Shown here piece after piece: positions 26,034 to 38,720 of a stretch of 62,680 nt of DNA. The position numbers were made by a program, and so were the translations under genes. The notes beneath the pieces are model-generated. The model was not told where the DNA came from. It did no database searches and worked only from the letters and a program-made list of their open reading frames with translations. The DNA is from Nemertoderma westbladi. Its lineage: Eukaryota; Animalia; Xenacoelomorpha. The stretch is taken from the NCBI GenBank assembly GCA_032718475.1, contig JAUCBJ010003208.1:1-62680 (forward strand), given 5' to 3'. How positions within the stretch are numbered: position 1 is the first letter of the stretch; each line of letters opens with the position of its first letter.

Positions 26034-27901
26034 AATTTTCATTTTGGGCTATTAATTTTCGATCTCATTGAACTAGATAAGCCAATGAGGTGCGTACAAC
26101 ACTTAGAACGATGAGTTGGGCCAATCATAGGGCATCGAACATCTTATTGCTCCAATGTGAGGCCATGGAATGTTACAGAATGTTCTAGTTGATTCCATGT
26201 CCCAGATTTGCTATATAAAGGGCGGTTTACCCTTCGGTTATCACTGTTCATTCAACACACTTACTAATGTTAACTTTAAAGATTTGTTATTTGTAAAGTT
26301 AAGTGATAAGTTTTGTAAATTACGTAAATATACTGTAAACCTTTGAACATGTATATTTTACTTAGTCCGCCTTTGGGACAGCCAAGCATTTGGGAAATGG
26401 CTGCCTAAACCGTTAGGCCGTCAGCAACGCCGGGAAAGGATGTCCACAACACACTAAGCGCCCACATTAGATTCGCCCGCGCGCCCGTTCGAAGCATGCC
26501 CCTTCCCTAGAGTTGCAACATCACCAATCTGCACTGATCTTAGCATAAGATCTTTATATGTCTTGGTAAGATCTTGGCACCTTTGCTCTATGATCTTAGC
26601 AGGGTTGGTAACGATCAGTGCAGATCTTTGCAGGATTGGTAAGACCACGGCTGATCTCTGGAGTTTTAGTAAGATCAGTGTAGATCTTTGCAGAATTAAT
26701 AGACATCAGGCTCCGTTCCCTCGCCAGTAGTAGTTTGTGTACTTAGTACTGTATCTGTTTATTTAGACACCCTGGTCTGGGATTTACTGTCAGATTGTAC
26801 GAGCCCGTATACACTACTAGATCCTACAGTAAGATACATCGTTACTAGGATCCGGTAGGCGGTATACTACTGGACTTTTCACCTATAGTTCATTCATACC
26901 CATACCTGTGGTATTTTCGTATGGCAAAAATAAGACTACTGTAAACTGTAACCTATTATGTTATTGCAGTATTGAGTTAATGTTTATTGACTAATTGTTA
27001 TGATTAGAAACGCCGGGTTCACTGTGTCAAGTACAATGCACACATCTCCAACCAGACACTATATAACATTGGAGTTGGAGGTGTCTCATTGGTTCCCCCA
27101 AGCTTGACACTAGAACAAAGCCGCCTCCGCTTTGCAGGACATTGCTTTCGCCGTGAGGACCAGCCAGTGCACCTCATGGAGTAAGAGATAAGAGTAAGAT
27201 ATGTGAGTAAGCATGGTGGGCAGCCCATGACTTTCTTGAGACGCATCATACTGTCTTAAAGGACACTGGCCTTGAAGATGCGGATGATCTAGCAAATATC
27301 ATGGGTGAAGGCTGTAAGGGAATTGTGGAGGCGCAATTTCGTCAACAACGGAACAAGCCGGCACAGCATTCTTAGTAGGGCCTATATATATAATGCAGCT
27401 GCAATGCAGCATGCCGATTGTAGTAGTAGTTGGTAAGAAAAGCCCGCTTCTGTATGTATAAGCACATGCCCTATGTGGTGATAGGGCTCCTTCAATTGGT
27501 AAAGTCAAAAGTGGCCGTTTATTGTTTTAGTTAGAAAAGCATGCCTCTGTAACCTGTTCCTTTCCCTCAATTGGTTTATGACGTGTGTTACTTCTGTACT
27601 TATTATGTGGAGACCTCAACACGTTAATCAGTTAATCCCCTTTCATTATCCAGCCGTTTTAAAATACCCTTCCTGTTGTATGGAAAAATTAGAAGAGATG
27701 GTGGTAGCATCAACTTGTAGTATTTCTTTCTGATAGGGCTCCCATAGGCTTAGACGAAATCGTAGCTTGTGCTGTCTGTAGTTAGAGCAGCAGCTGCAGT
27801 TGGCAAACCTGGCATTGCTACCAGTTTCCACCAAATATAATTTGTAATTAAATATTTGTTGGAGCATAATCTAATCTAGTCCTAAAGACTCCTAAAGTCC
27901 T

Positions 27902-28100
27902 GGGGCGGGCGCCAAGAAGCTCCGTTAGTGCTAACGGCGCCGTTAACTAAAATTATGCGCGACACGAAACCTCCGCTAAATTAACGGCGGCTTTAACTAA
28001 CGGAAGCCAGCGTCTCGAAGCTCCGTTACACTAACGGAGGACTCTCCGTTAAGGTATTTTACACCATGCGCCTGAAGGCACCTTTAAGGTTCCGTTAAGA
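27902..28100. mobile_element. Probable TIR-transposon end with CCGTTA/TAACGG subterminal repeats
   Basis: Begins GGGGCGGGCGCC and carries about 9 CCGTTA/TAACGG motifs in both orientations. No partner end found. Confidence 0.4.
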
Positions 28101-28611
28101 AATGTTTTGTATTCTACTCTACATAACTAAAAGCATTCTGAAAAACTATATTTATAGCTTTCATAGTATAGTACTTAAATTCACGTTCTGTGTGACATTC
28201 AATCATCTCCGCATTCTCCATATATCCAAGTCCTATTTGTCGGTAATTCTAATTAAACATTGCGGCGCATTACAGCTGATGTGGGTGGGTGGGGTACTCA
28301 ACGACACGCCGTGGGATATTCAGACTTAGCGCGACAAAGCTACAGCTGGCGCATAAATTATTTGGGTTGGACGGGGGTTTGGATTTGGGTTTGGAACAAA
28401 ACACAGTGCTGACACTATCCTCCCTGGGCGTACACATTTTACGCAAGATACGCATACAGTAAATGTCTTTCTAACATTTTTGGATTTTGGAATAATTCAT
28501 TCATAAATTATTTATCACAACTTACTCCTACATATAGACCAGAGCATGATTTATTATCAAAGCAAAGCAAACAGTCCGCCGGAGGCGACCCGACGGCTCT
28601 TCTTTCGTTAG

Positions 28612-31600
28612 CTGCTACCCGAGGCCGAGGGTGGGCGCTACTCCTATCTGCTACACGAAGGTAGGGGTGGGCGCTACTTCTAACTGTTACCCGAAGGTAT
28701 GGGTGGGCGCTACTCCTATCTGCTACCCGACGGTAGGGGTGTGCGCTACTCCTATCTGCTACCCGAAGATAGGGGTGTGCGCTACTCCTATCTGCTACCC
28801 GAAGGTAGGGGTGGGCGCTACTCCTATCTGCTACCCGAAGGTAGGTGTGGGCGCTACTCCTATCTGCTTCCCGAAGGTAGGGGTGGGCGCTACTATCTGC
28901 TACCCGAAGATAGGGGTGGGCGCTACTATCTGCTACCCGAAGATAGGGGTGGGCGCTACTCCTATCTGCTACCCGAAGGTAGGGGTGGGCGCTATTCCTA
29001 TCTGCTACCAGAAGGTAGGGGTGTGCGCTACTCCTATCTGCTACCCGAAGATAGGGGTGTGCGCTACTCCTATCTGCTACCCGAAGGTAGGGGTGGGCGC
29101 TACTCCTATCTGCTACCCGAAGGTAGGTGTGGGCGCTACTCCTATCTGCTTCCCGAAGGTAGGGGTGGGCGCTACTATCTGCTACCCGAAGATAGGGGTG
29201 GGCGCTACTATCTGCTACCCGAAGATAGGGGTGGGCGCTACTCCTATCTGCTACCCGAAGGTAGGGGTGGGCGCTATTCCTATCTGCTACCAGAAGGTAG
29301 GGGTGGGCCCTACTCCTATCTGCTACCCGAAGGTAGGGGTGGGCGCTACTCCTATCTGCTACCCGTGGGTAGGGGTGGGCGCTACTCCTATCTGCTACCC
29401 GAAGGTAGGGGTGGGCGCTACTCCTATCTGCTACCCGAAGGTAGGGGTGGGCGCTACTCCTATCTGCTACCCGAAGGTAGGGATGGGCGCTACTATCTAC
29501 TACCCGAAGATAGGGGTGGGCGCTACTCCTATCTGCTACCCGAAGGTAGGGGTGGGCGCTACTCCTATCTGCTACCCGAAGGTAGGGGTGGGCGCTACTC
29601 CTATCTGCTACCCGTGGGTAGGGGTGGACGCTACTCCTATCTGCTACCCGAAGGTAGGGGTGGGCGCTACTCCTATCTGCTACCCGAAGGCAGGGGTGGG
29701 CGCTACTCCTATCTGCTACCCGAAGGTAGGGGTGGGCGCTACTCATATCTGCTACCCGAAGATAGGGGTGGGCGCTACTCCTATCTGCTACCCGAAGGTA
29801 GGGATGGGCGCTACTATCTGCTACCCGAAGATAGGGGTGGGCGCTACTCCTATCTGCTACCCGAAGGTAGGGGTGGGCGCTACTCCTATCTGCTACCCGA
29901 AGGTAGGGGTGGGCGCTACTCCTATCTGCTACCCGTGGGTAGGGGTGGGCGCTACTCCTATCTGCTACCCGAAGGTAGGGGTGGGCGCTACTCCTATCTG
30001 CTACCCGAAGGTAGGGGTGGGCGCTACTCCTATCTGCTACCCGAAGGTAGGGGTGGGCGCTACTCATATCTGCTACCCGAAGGTAGGGGTGGGCGCTACT
30101 CCTATCTGCTACCCGAAGGTAGGGGTGGGCGCTACTCCTATCTGCTACCCGAAGGTAGGGGTGGGCGCTAATCCTATCCGCTACCCGAAGGTAGGGGTGG
30201 GCGCTACTCCTATTTGCTACCTGACGGTAGGGGTCGGCGCTACTCCTATCTGCTACCCGTGGGTGGGGGTGGGCGCTACTCCTATCTGCTACCCGGAGGT
30301 AGGGGTGGGCGCTACTCCTATCTGCTACCCGAAGGTAGGGGTGGACGCTACTCCTATCTGCTACCCGTGGGTAGGGGTGGGCGCTACTCCTATCTGCTAC
30401 CCGAAGGTAGGGGTGGGCGTTACTCCTATCTGCTACCCGGAGGTAGGGGTGGGCGCTACTCCTATCTGCTACCAGAAGGTAGGGGTGGGCGCTACTCCTA
30501 TCTGCTACCAGAAGGTAGGGGTGGGCGCTACTCCTATCTGCTACCCGAGGATAGGGGTGGGCGCTACTCCTATCCGCTACTCCTATCTGCTACCCGAGGG
30601 TAGGGGTGGGCGCTACTCCTATCCGCTACTCCTATCTGCTACCCGGGGATAGGGGTGGGCGCTACTCCTATCCGCTACTCCTATCTGCTACACGAGGGTA
30701 GGGGTGGGCGCTACTCCTATCCGCTACTCATATCTGCTACCCGAGGGTAGGGGTGGGCGCTACTCCTATCTGCTACCCGAAGGTAGGGGTGGGCGTTACT
30801 CCTATCTGCTACCCGAAGGTAGGGGTGGGCGCTACTCCTATCTGCTACCCGAAGGTAGGGGTGGGCGCTACTCCTATCTGCTACCCGAAGGTAGGGGTGG
30901 GCGCTACTCCTATCTGCTACCCGAGGGTAGGGGTGGGAGCTACTCCTATCTGCTACCCGATGGTATGGGTGGGCGCTACTCCTATCTGCTACCCGAGGGT
31001 AGGGGTGGGCGCTACTCCTATCTGCTACCCGAAGGTAGGGGTGAGCGCTACTCCTCTCTGCTACCTGAAGGTAGGGGTGGGCGCTACTCCTCTCTGCTAC
31101 CTGAAGGTAGGGGTGGGCGCTACTCCTATCTGCTACCCGAGGGTAGGGGTGGGCGCTACTCCTATCTGCTACCCGAAGGTAGGGGTGGGCGCTACTCCTA
31201 TCTGCTACCCGAGGGTAGGGGTGGGCGCTACTCCTATTTGCTACCCGAGGGTAGGGGTGGGCGCTAATCCTATCTGCTACCCGAAGGTAGGGGTGGGCGC
31301 TACTCCTATTTGCTACCTGACGGTAGGGGTCGGCGCTACTCCTATCTGCTACCCGTGGGTGGGGGTGGGCGCTACTCCTATCTGCTACCCGGAGGTAGGG
31401 GTGGGCGCTACTCCTATCTGCTACCCGAAGGTAGGGGTGGACGCTACTCCTATCTGCTACCCGTGGGTAGGGGTGGGCGCTACTCCTATCTGCTACCCGA
31501 AGGTAGGGGTGGGCGTTACTCCTATCTGCTACCCGGAGGTAGGGGTGGGCGCTACTCCTATCTGCTACCCGAAGGTAGGGGTAGGCGCTACTCCTATCTG

Positions 31601-32700
31601 CTACCAGAAGGTAGGGGTGGGCGCTACTCCTATCTGCTACCCGAGGATAGGGGTGGGCGCTACTCCTATCCGCTACTCCTATCTGCTACCCGAAGGTAGG
31701 GGTGGGCGCTACTCCTATCCGCTACTCCTATCTGCTACCCGGGGATAGGGGTGGGCGCTACTCCTATCCGCTACTCCTATCTGCTACACGAGGGTAGGGG
31801 TGGGCGCTACTCCTATCCGCTACTCATATCTGCTACCCGAGGGTAGGGGGTGGGCGCTACTCCTATCTGCTACCCGAAGGTAGGGGTGGGCGCTACTCCT
31901 ATATGCTACCCGAAGGTAGGGGTGGGCGCTACTCCTATCTGCTACCCGAAGGTAGGGGTGAGCGCTACTCCTCTCTGCTACCTGAAGGTAGGGGTGGGCG
32001 CTACTCCTATCTGCTACCCGAGGGTAGGGGTGGGCGCTACTCCTATCTGCTACCCGATGGTAGGGGTGGGCGCTACTCCTATCTGCTACCCGAGGGTAGG
32101 GGTGGGCGCTACTCCTATCTGCTACCCGAAGGTAGGGGTGAGCGCTACTCCTCTCTGCTACCTGAAGGTAGGGGTGGGCGCTACTCCTCTCTGCTACCTG
32201 AAGGTAGGGGTGGGCGCTACTCCTATCTGCTACCCGAGGGTAGGGGTGGGCGCTACTCCTATCTGCTACCCGAAGGTAGGGGTGGGCGCTACTCCTATCT
32301 GCTACCCGAGGGTAGGGGTGGGCGCTACTCCTATCTGCTACCCGAGGGTAGGGGTGGGCGCTACTCCTATCTGCTACCCGAAGGTAGGAGTGAGCGCTAC
32401 TCCTCTCTGCTACCTGACGGTAGGGGTGGGCGCTACTCCTCTCTGCTACCAGAAGGTAGGGGTGGGCGCTACTCCTATCTGCTACCCGAAGATAGGGGTG
32501 GGCGCTACTCCTATATGCTACCCGTGGGTAGGGGTGGACGCTACTCCTATCTGCTACCCGAGGGTAGGGGTGGGCGCTACTCCTATCTGCTACCCGAGGG
32601 TAGGGGTGGGCGCTGCTCCTATCTGCTACCCGAAACCGAGGGTAGGGGTGGGCGCTACTCCTATCTGCTACCCGAGGGTAGGGGTGGGCGCTACTCCTAT
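28612..32700. repeat. 36-bp G-rich minisatellite (~113 units), SINE-derived
   Basis: Unit GCTACTCCTATCTGCTACCCGAAGGTAGGGGTGGGC. Block 30166-30750 is duplicated at +1096. Confidence 0.97.
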
Positions 32701-33993
32701 TCCTTGTTTTTCTACTAGTTATTTAACTGGTACTCATGATTTATTATATCGCATCTTATACCTACGTACAGAGCAGAGCTTGTTTTAACTGAATTCGGAA
32801 TTGTTTTAACTGAACCGAAAATTTCAACATAATTTTTAAACGTGTTTTACAAAATTTTAGATATAGTTTATTTTATTCCAAGTTGTTTGACTACGTAATG
32901 TTAACGATACTGTTGTTTCAGCGCCTGAGTGTATTCCTAAGTAAATTTGGCGCTATATAAATTGTTATTATTATTATTAACAGATATAAGGATTATTTTA
33001 TATACACATAAGTAAAACTGAGAAATCTGGGCATCTAATGCAACATAAATTATTAAAATCCATTCAGAAAATGATTCCTAAAATAAATAACTGCTAGCAA
33101 AAATCATAAAGTAGGCCTCAACTGGTATTTCGGAATAAACAGTTTCCAGTCTTGGTATTAATTAATATTCTAGAAGTCCATGGTCTAGCCGGGCAGATTC
33201 ATCTCGAGTAGTCGAGGATGAAATTATCTCCCGTGAGCGAGAGTAGTACAGGTCCGATTCCAACATCGTGCCACTTCGGTGGCCGTGTTTGTGTTACCTA
33301 TTTCAAAAAAATTGTTTTATTCCAAAATTGTAACATTACTCAACGTCGTTAGTATTAACAGCGAGTTGTTATTTAGCACTTTACAACTTTAGAGGACATT
33401 ACAGCATTGTATTGGCCTGTACATTTAGTATTGTATTTGGTGTTATTGTTGACGTGGTAACCCATGACGGCGTTAAGTAATGTCCACTAAGGGGACATTA
33501 CTTATCGCCGCCATTGGATACCATGTAAACAATAGGTGGAAATTTGTCTGACAGCCAGATAGGCCTACTGCATTACCTACCGGTAGGCGGGGTATAGCTA
33601 TTAATAACCAGAAGGGTATAGCTATATTATTATAACATCTGAACATGGCTCCAAACACCACCATAAATATAAGCTAACTTATTTATAACATAATTTATGT
33701 CACTTTTACATTTATTTATACAGCAACTAATTTAATTTGTGCAGTTTCTATCACTTATAATGTATATGTACAATCATGTCGTAATGTTAAAAATTTCGGA
33801 ATAAAACTACATACATACTCTTGTTGCAAAGTACTTTACAGTGTTCTGATCGTCGTGGCTTTATTTTCACTCACTCACTAACGTTTGTTTGTGTAACAAA
33901 GCACTCGGATCATCACACTGTAAAGTGCTACTTTACACACAAGTATGTAAATAGTTATTTCTATAAATAATAATAAAATTTGAAAATTTGCTT

Positions 33994-34165
33994 GAAATTT
34001 GAAATAGAGATAGTTTCACGTAACTCCTCCTGGGTGGGTGAGTCAGATTAATTATTTTTGTTCTCTCTTTAGCTACAGTACAAACGTATAAAAAAGTGTC
34101 TCCCGCGATATTGCACCAGTTACACCGAAGTTGTTCTCCAATCTTACTTATAGTGATTTATTGCT
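33994..34165 (+). repeat. Dispersed repeat, second copy at 55610-55775
   Basis: Alignable CTCCTCC..GGGTGAG.CAGA...AAAAAAGTGTCTCC...GATATTGCAC...TATAGTGATTTATTG. Confidence 0.8.
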
Positions 34166-34496
34166 GTTGGTGTATTTACTGTGGTATTATGGGTAGTATA
34201 ATTTACTGTGGTTGTTGGTGGTACTGTATTTACTTTTATATTGTTATGGTGGCATTTATTGTGTAATTTTTGGTGTAATAGTGGTGGGTTTTGTGGCAGC
34301 GGGGTTCTTTTAGATATTCTTTCACGCAAGATGAATTTAACATCGGGTTATTAGTTCTATTTCACTTGTCAATTATTGAGTTAGAATCATTAACTGGTAA
34401 TGCATCACTAAACAATAATATTAGGAGCCAGAATACTATTATAGCAGCATTCGTTCATTGGTTAATCCTAATGCACACCCACACCCAAGGAGGCAG

Positions 34497-34509
34497 GTTG
34501 CTAGGTAAC
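34497..34509. promoter_or_regulatory. RFX X-box upstream of CEP135
   Basis: GTTGCTAGGTAAC, about 410 bp upstream of the ATG, matches the RFX palindromic consensus. Confidence 0.6.
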
Positions 34510-34919
34510 ACATTAAACAACATATATATAGTATGTTGGAACTTTTCCTATTGTAGCAGCGGATAACAAATATGTAGCATTTTGTATTGTGATATATTAC
34601 ATATTGGTATTACAGGGATATTATATTTAAGCCAAGTCACCCCAGTATTCATTAGTTTTGGCAAATACTTTATCAATGGTTGTATGCTTAATGAATTAGC
34701 AATTTCGTGATTTGTAAAGTAGCCCGAGAAGCGGTTTCATTCGTACTTCCAGACTTCTGAACTCGTGTTATTAAATTTTAGTAATTAATAATTAGCTCAT
34801 CAATTTAGTACCGCAATTAATTAGTCTTCCATTAGACGGGTAAATTATTGCACCATATTTATATGCAGCCAATGCCGATAGAACGGAAGCCGTTTACATA
34901 ATCAAACTTAATAAAGACA

Positions 34920-36128
34920 ATGTCTTCCACTAGATCATATCAAAGTTTACGAAAACGCCTGGACCATTTAGGGTACAGCCAACCCCTAGACACCACGTCA
35001 GTGACCCTCGTAGATAAACTGCTCAGCGACTTGTGCCACACAACGGAGAGTTACAAAAAGACGAGACAGTCGGGACGACCTGGCGCCCGGAGTCCGGACA
35101 AATCGCGAAAACCGGACATTGTAAGTGGGAACGTGCGCAGCCGCAGTGCGGAACGATTAATGGACCATCTAAACTCGCAGATTATCTACCTACAGGATGA
35201 GAACCGGGAGTTACACGGGAGGTTACAGGATGCATTGAACATAAAGAACAGAGAGCGGAATAAGTCAGAGAATCTCACGCAGGAGAACGAGGAGTTGAAG
35301 TTGGAACTAAACGACGCCGATAGAGTCGCTACTACTATCCAGGTGGAGAAATCAGCCGCCTTTTATAAGCTGGAAGATGAGTTGAGAAATGCCTTGCTCG
35401 ATGTTGATAAGTTACGGAGGGAGTTGAAAAATTGCGAATTGGAGTTGGAACAGGGTTCCGCGGAGCGTAACAGATTAGTTCGGGAGAACGAGTCAGTCGC
35501 CGGCGAGCTGCGGGAACGCGAGAAGGATTTACTGGTGTCGGAGGACTTGGTGGATCGGATACAGGGGGATAAAAAACGGTTGGCGGGGCGTGTCGCCAAA
35601 CTGATGGAGAACGAGAAGGGGTTGGTGTTGGAGCTGGATCGGGTGAAACGACGGCGAGCGGTGCACGGAGGAGCGGGAAAGTCGCCGTCGCGAGTCGGGG
35701 AGTTTGTGAAGACCGTGGAAGAGGAGCGAGACTACTACAGACGGGAGGTGGAGGCCCTCCAGCGGATTATAAAGGAACGCGGCTCCGTAAAGGTTCCTGT
35801 TGACAGACGCAGTCGTAGTCCCTTAAAGTCCAGTCTAAAACGCGCGGGAAGTCCGACTAGGGAAGTCAAAGGAAGTCCGGTTCGGGAGAGTAAAGCCTCG
35901 GTCGGACAACTACAAACTATACTGAAGGTTGTGGAAGAGGAACGGGATTATTATAAGCGGGAGTTCGTAAAGAATAAAGCAGTTAATGAGACTCGCAATA
36001 AATCTCCGACAAGGAGGTCGTATTCACCGGTACGACGGTCCGTAGTAGAGGATAACGAGTTACACAGAGTTCGTAGAGAGAGGGACGAAGCCCAGTCCTG
36101 CTTGGATAAATACCAGCGGCAATTACAG
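34920..36128 (+). CDS. CEP135: Centrosomal protein CEP135 (Bld10), exon 1
   Basis: N-terminus YQSLRKRLDHLGYSQPL...LVDKLLSDLCHTTES is diagnostic. EEERDYY motifs present. CAG|GTGAGT donor, phase 0. Confidence 0.93.
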
Positions 36129-36751
36129 GTGAGTTTGGCAAATACCAGGGTAATGTAGGCAAATACCAGAGTCTATTACAGCAATTTGGTGAGTTCAGTT
36201 CATATGGAATACTACAGGCAATTAATTACCTGTAAGTCGAACAATTCCGGGCAGAGTTACTAGCGAGTTTAGTGAATACCAGAGAAAATTACACGTGAGT
36301 TGGGCAAATATCAGAGCCCAGAGGCAATTACATCTAAATTAGGCAAATATATACCTGAGGCAATTACAGGTGAGCTGGGCAAATATCAGGTAAATTGGGC
36401 ATATGCCAGAGCTAAATAATAATTTACCAAAAAATAGCTAAATAACTATTCTAGAATACAATAAAAAAACAATATAATTATATCTATTTACGTCTTAAAA
36501 TCATTAAATATATGCCTTTGAATTTTGATAATATGCAATTTTTGGTGAAATTTAAAACAGTTTTCATATTCAGAAACATTTTCCCTAATTTGAGAATTTA
36601 ACATTGAGGCGGGATATTACTTCGCTGAGATGGGATTTGCATCCAGTTTCCCCCTGAAATGGGATTTGCGTCCAGACCCCCCCCCCCCCCCCCCCCTGTC
36701 TCGGCTTGTTGCAGCTAGATAGCGAAAATTTAAAAAATCCGACCAAGCCAG

Positions 36752-36919
36752 TAGTAAGAAACAGGGTCGAACTGTTATCTAGTAAGAAACAGGGTCGAAC
36801 TGTTATCTAGTAAGAAACAGGGTCGAACTGTTATCTAGTAAGAAACAGGGTCGAACTGTTATCTAGTAAGAAACAGGGTCGAACTGTTATCTAGTAAGAA
36901 ACAGGGTCGAACTGTTATC
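36752..36919. repeat. 28-bp perfect tandem repeat x6
   Basis: TAGTAAGAAACAGGGTCGAACTGTTATC repeated identically. Confidence 0.97.
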
Positions 36920-37384
36920 ATACCAAATTTCGTAGCATTTAATGGAAATTTTAAAAAATTAGGTGCTGTTAAATAATTATGAAATACTTGGGAAAAAAAT
37001 GTGGAACTTTTTTTCACTATTCTCGAGGTATTTTGTTCACTGAGTTCCAGCGAGGTTAATAATTCGAGATAATATTGAAAAAAAATGTTATAAAAAATGT
37101 TTTACTATATTGCTTCCATAGTAACGATTCAAATTATTGTACTCATCAACTCCTGATGATGCCATTACTCAATGTTAAAATATTTTAGTGTTCTCGAATA
37201 TTGATTACGTAACTAGAAAGCCGCTTAATTACGTAAACCAATATTGGTTATATTGAATTCCATTTTAGAGTACGCCGGCCAGACACTAAAGTCGCAATAA
37301 CTTTTCAACTTTTGAGTGTGGGCATGGATTTTGCTCAAATTACTTTCAAACCTTTTCATGTCGATGCTCTTTCAAGTTCAACAC

Positions 37385-38125
37385 ACAATTAAGAAATTCT
37401 ACCAAAAACTTTTCATTTCACCTTATTCGCCGGGAATAAAAGAACAATCAATGCAATACTATGAGTGACTTTTTTCCCTAGGGAAAAACTCATTTTTCTC
37501 CCGATTATGGAGTATTCTGGAGTGAAAAAGTATCAATTTGTAATATAAAAAAATGTACGTATTTTTCCCATGTATTGTAATACAGTACGTAATTTTATTC
37601 TTAGATTGGTACTTTTTTATTGCTTAATGTAATAAAATTAAGAAATTCCACCAAAAATATTTTATTTTATTTTATTCGCCGGGAATAAAAGAAAAATCAA
37701 TGTAATCCTATTAGTGACTTTTTCCCTAGGGAAAAAAGTACTCATTTTTTCCCGATTATGGAGTATTTTCGAGTGAAAAAGTAACAATTTAATAATAAAA
37801 AAATGTACTTTTTTCCCTTGTATTGTAATATAGTACGTAATTTTATTCTTAAATTGGTACTTTTTTATTGCTTAATGTAATAAAATTAAGAAATTCCACC
37901 AAAAATATTTTATTTTATTTTATTCGCCGGGAATAAAAGAAAAATCAATGTAATCCTATTAGTGACTTTTTCCCTAGGGAAAAAAGTACTCATTTTTTCC
38001 CGATTATGGAGTATTTTCGAGTGAAAAAGTAACAATTTAATAATAAAAAAATGTACTTTTTTCCCTTGTATTGTAATATAGTACGTAATTTTATTCTTAA
38101 ATTGGTACTTTTTTGTTGCTAAATT
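37385..38125. repeat. ~248-bp tandem repeat x3, member of a dispersed family
   Basis: TCGCCGGGAATAAAAG at 37427, 37676 and 37924. Related copies at 38455, 55915, 59695 and 61640(-). Confidence 0.9.
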
Positions 38126-38720
38126 CTTTAATAAAAGATAGAACAAATTGTATTGTTTGTATTACAATGGAAATTTAACTCATGCGGCCTTACTCAATGT
38201 TAAATAATTTAGTGTTCTCGAATATTTATTACGTAACTAAAGAGCCGCTTAACTACATAAAACAATATGGATATTGAGTTCCGTTTGGAGTACGCCTTGT
38301 AGACACTAAAAGTTGCAATCACCTTTGAGTGTGTGAATGGATTTTGGGATTTTGCTCAAATTACGTGCGAACCTTTTCTATTTCGACGCTCTTTAACACA
38401 TGTAATAATATTTAAGGGATTCCCCAAAAAATGTTTTCGCACTTTCTTCTTTTACTTTTTGCGCCGGGAAGAAAAGTAAAATCAATGCAATCCTATGGGA
38501 TACTTTTCCCCGTGGAAAATGTACTCCGTTTTTCTCCCGATTTTGGGTATATATTCCAGCGAAAAAGTAATAATTTAAGAATTAGATATGTTATACTGTA
38601 TTAAGGGTCATGGTGAATAATATTGTTCAGAATAATGAATTATAAATATACAATATTATATTATATAATAACATACCAACTATTGTACAGCAGTACAGGG
38701 ATTATTTTATACGATTTCAG

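Noticed and set aside
27019-27300. Possible FLYWCH/MULE transposase remnant (- strand)
   Set aside because: Only a vague Y..W..CKA pattern with key Cys/His residues missing. Too weak without an HMM search.
28508-32788. Long repetitive ORFs (519-673 aa) on both strands
   Set aside because: An artefact of a 36-bp unit that lacks stops in several frames. The array has frameshifts and a SINE origin.
33176-33265. Pol III A/B-box-like sequence (TGGTCTAGCCGG...GGTCCGATTCC)
   Set aside because: Degenerate boxes, no cloverleaf and no second copy in the window.
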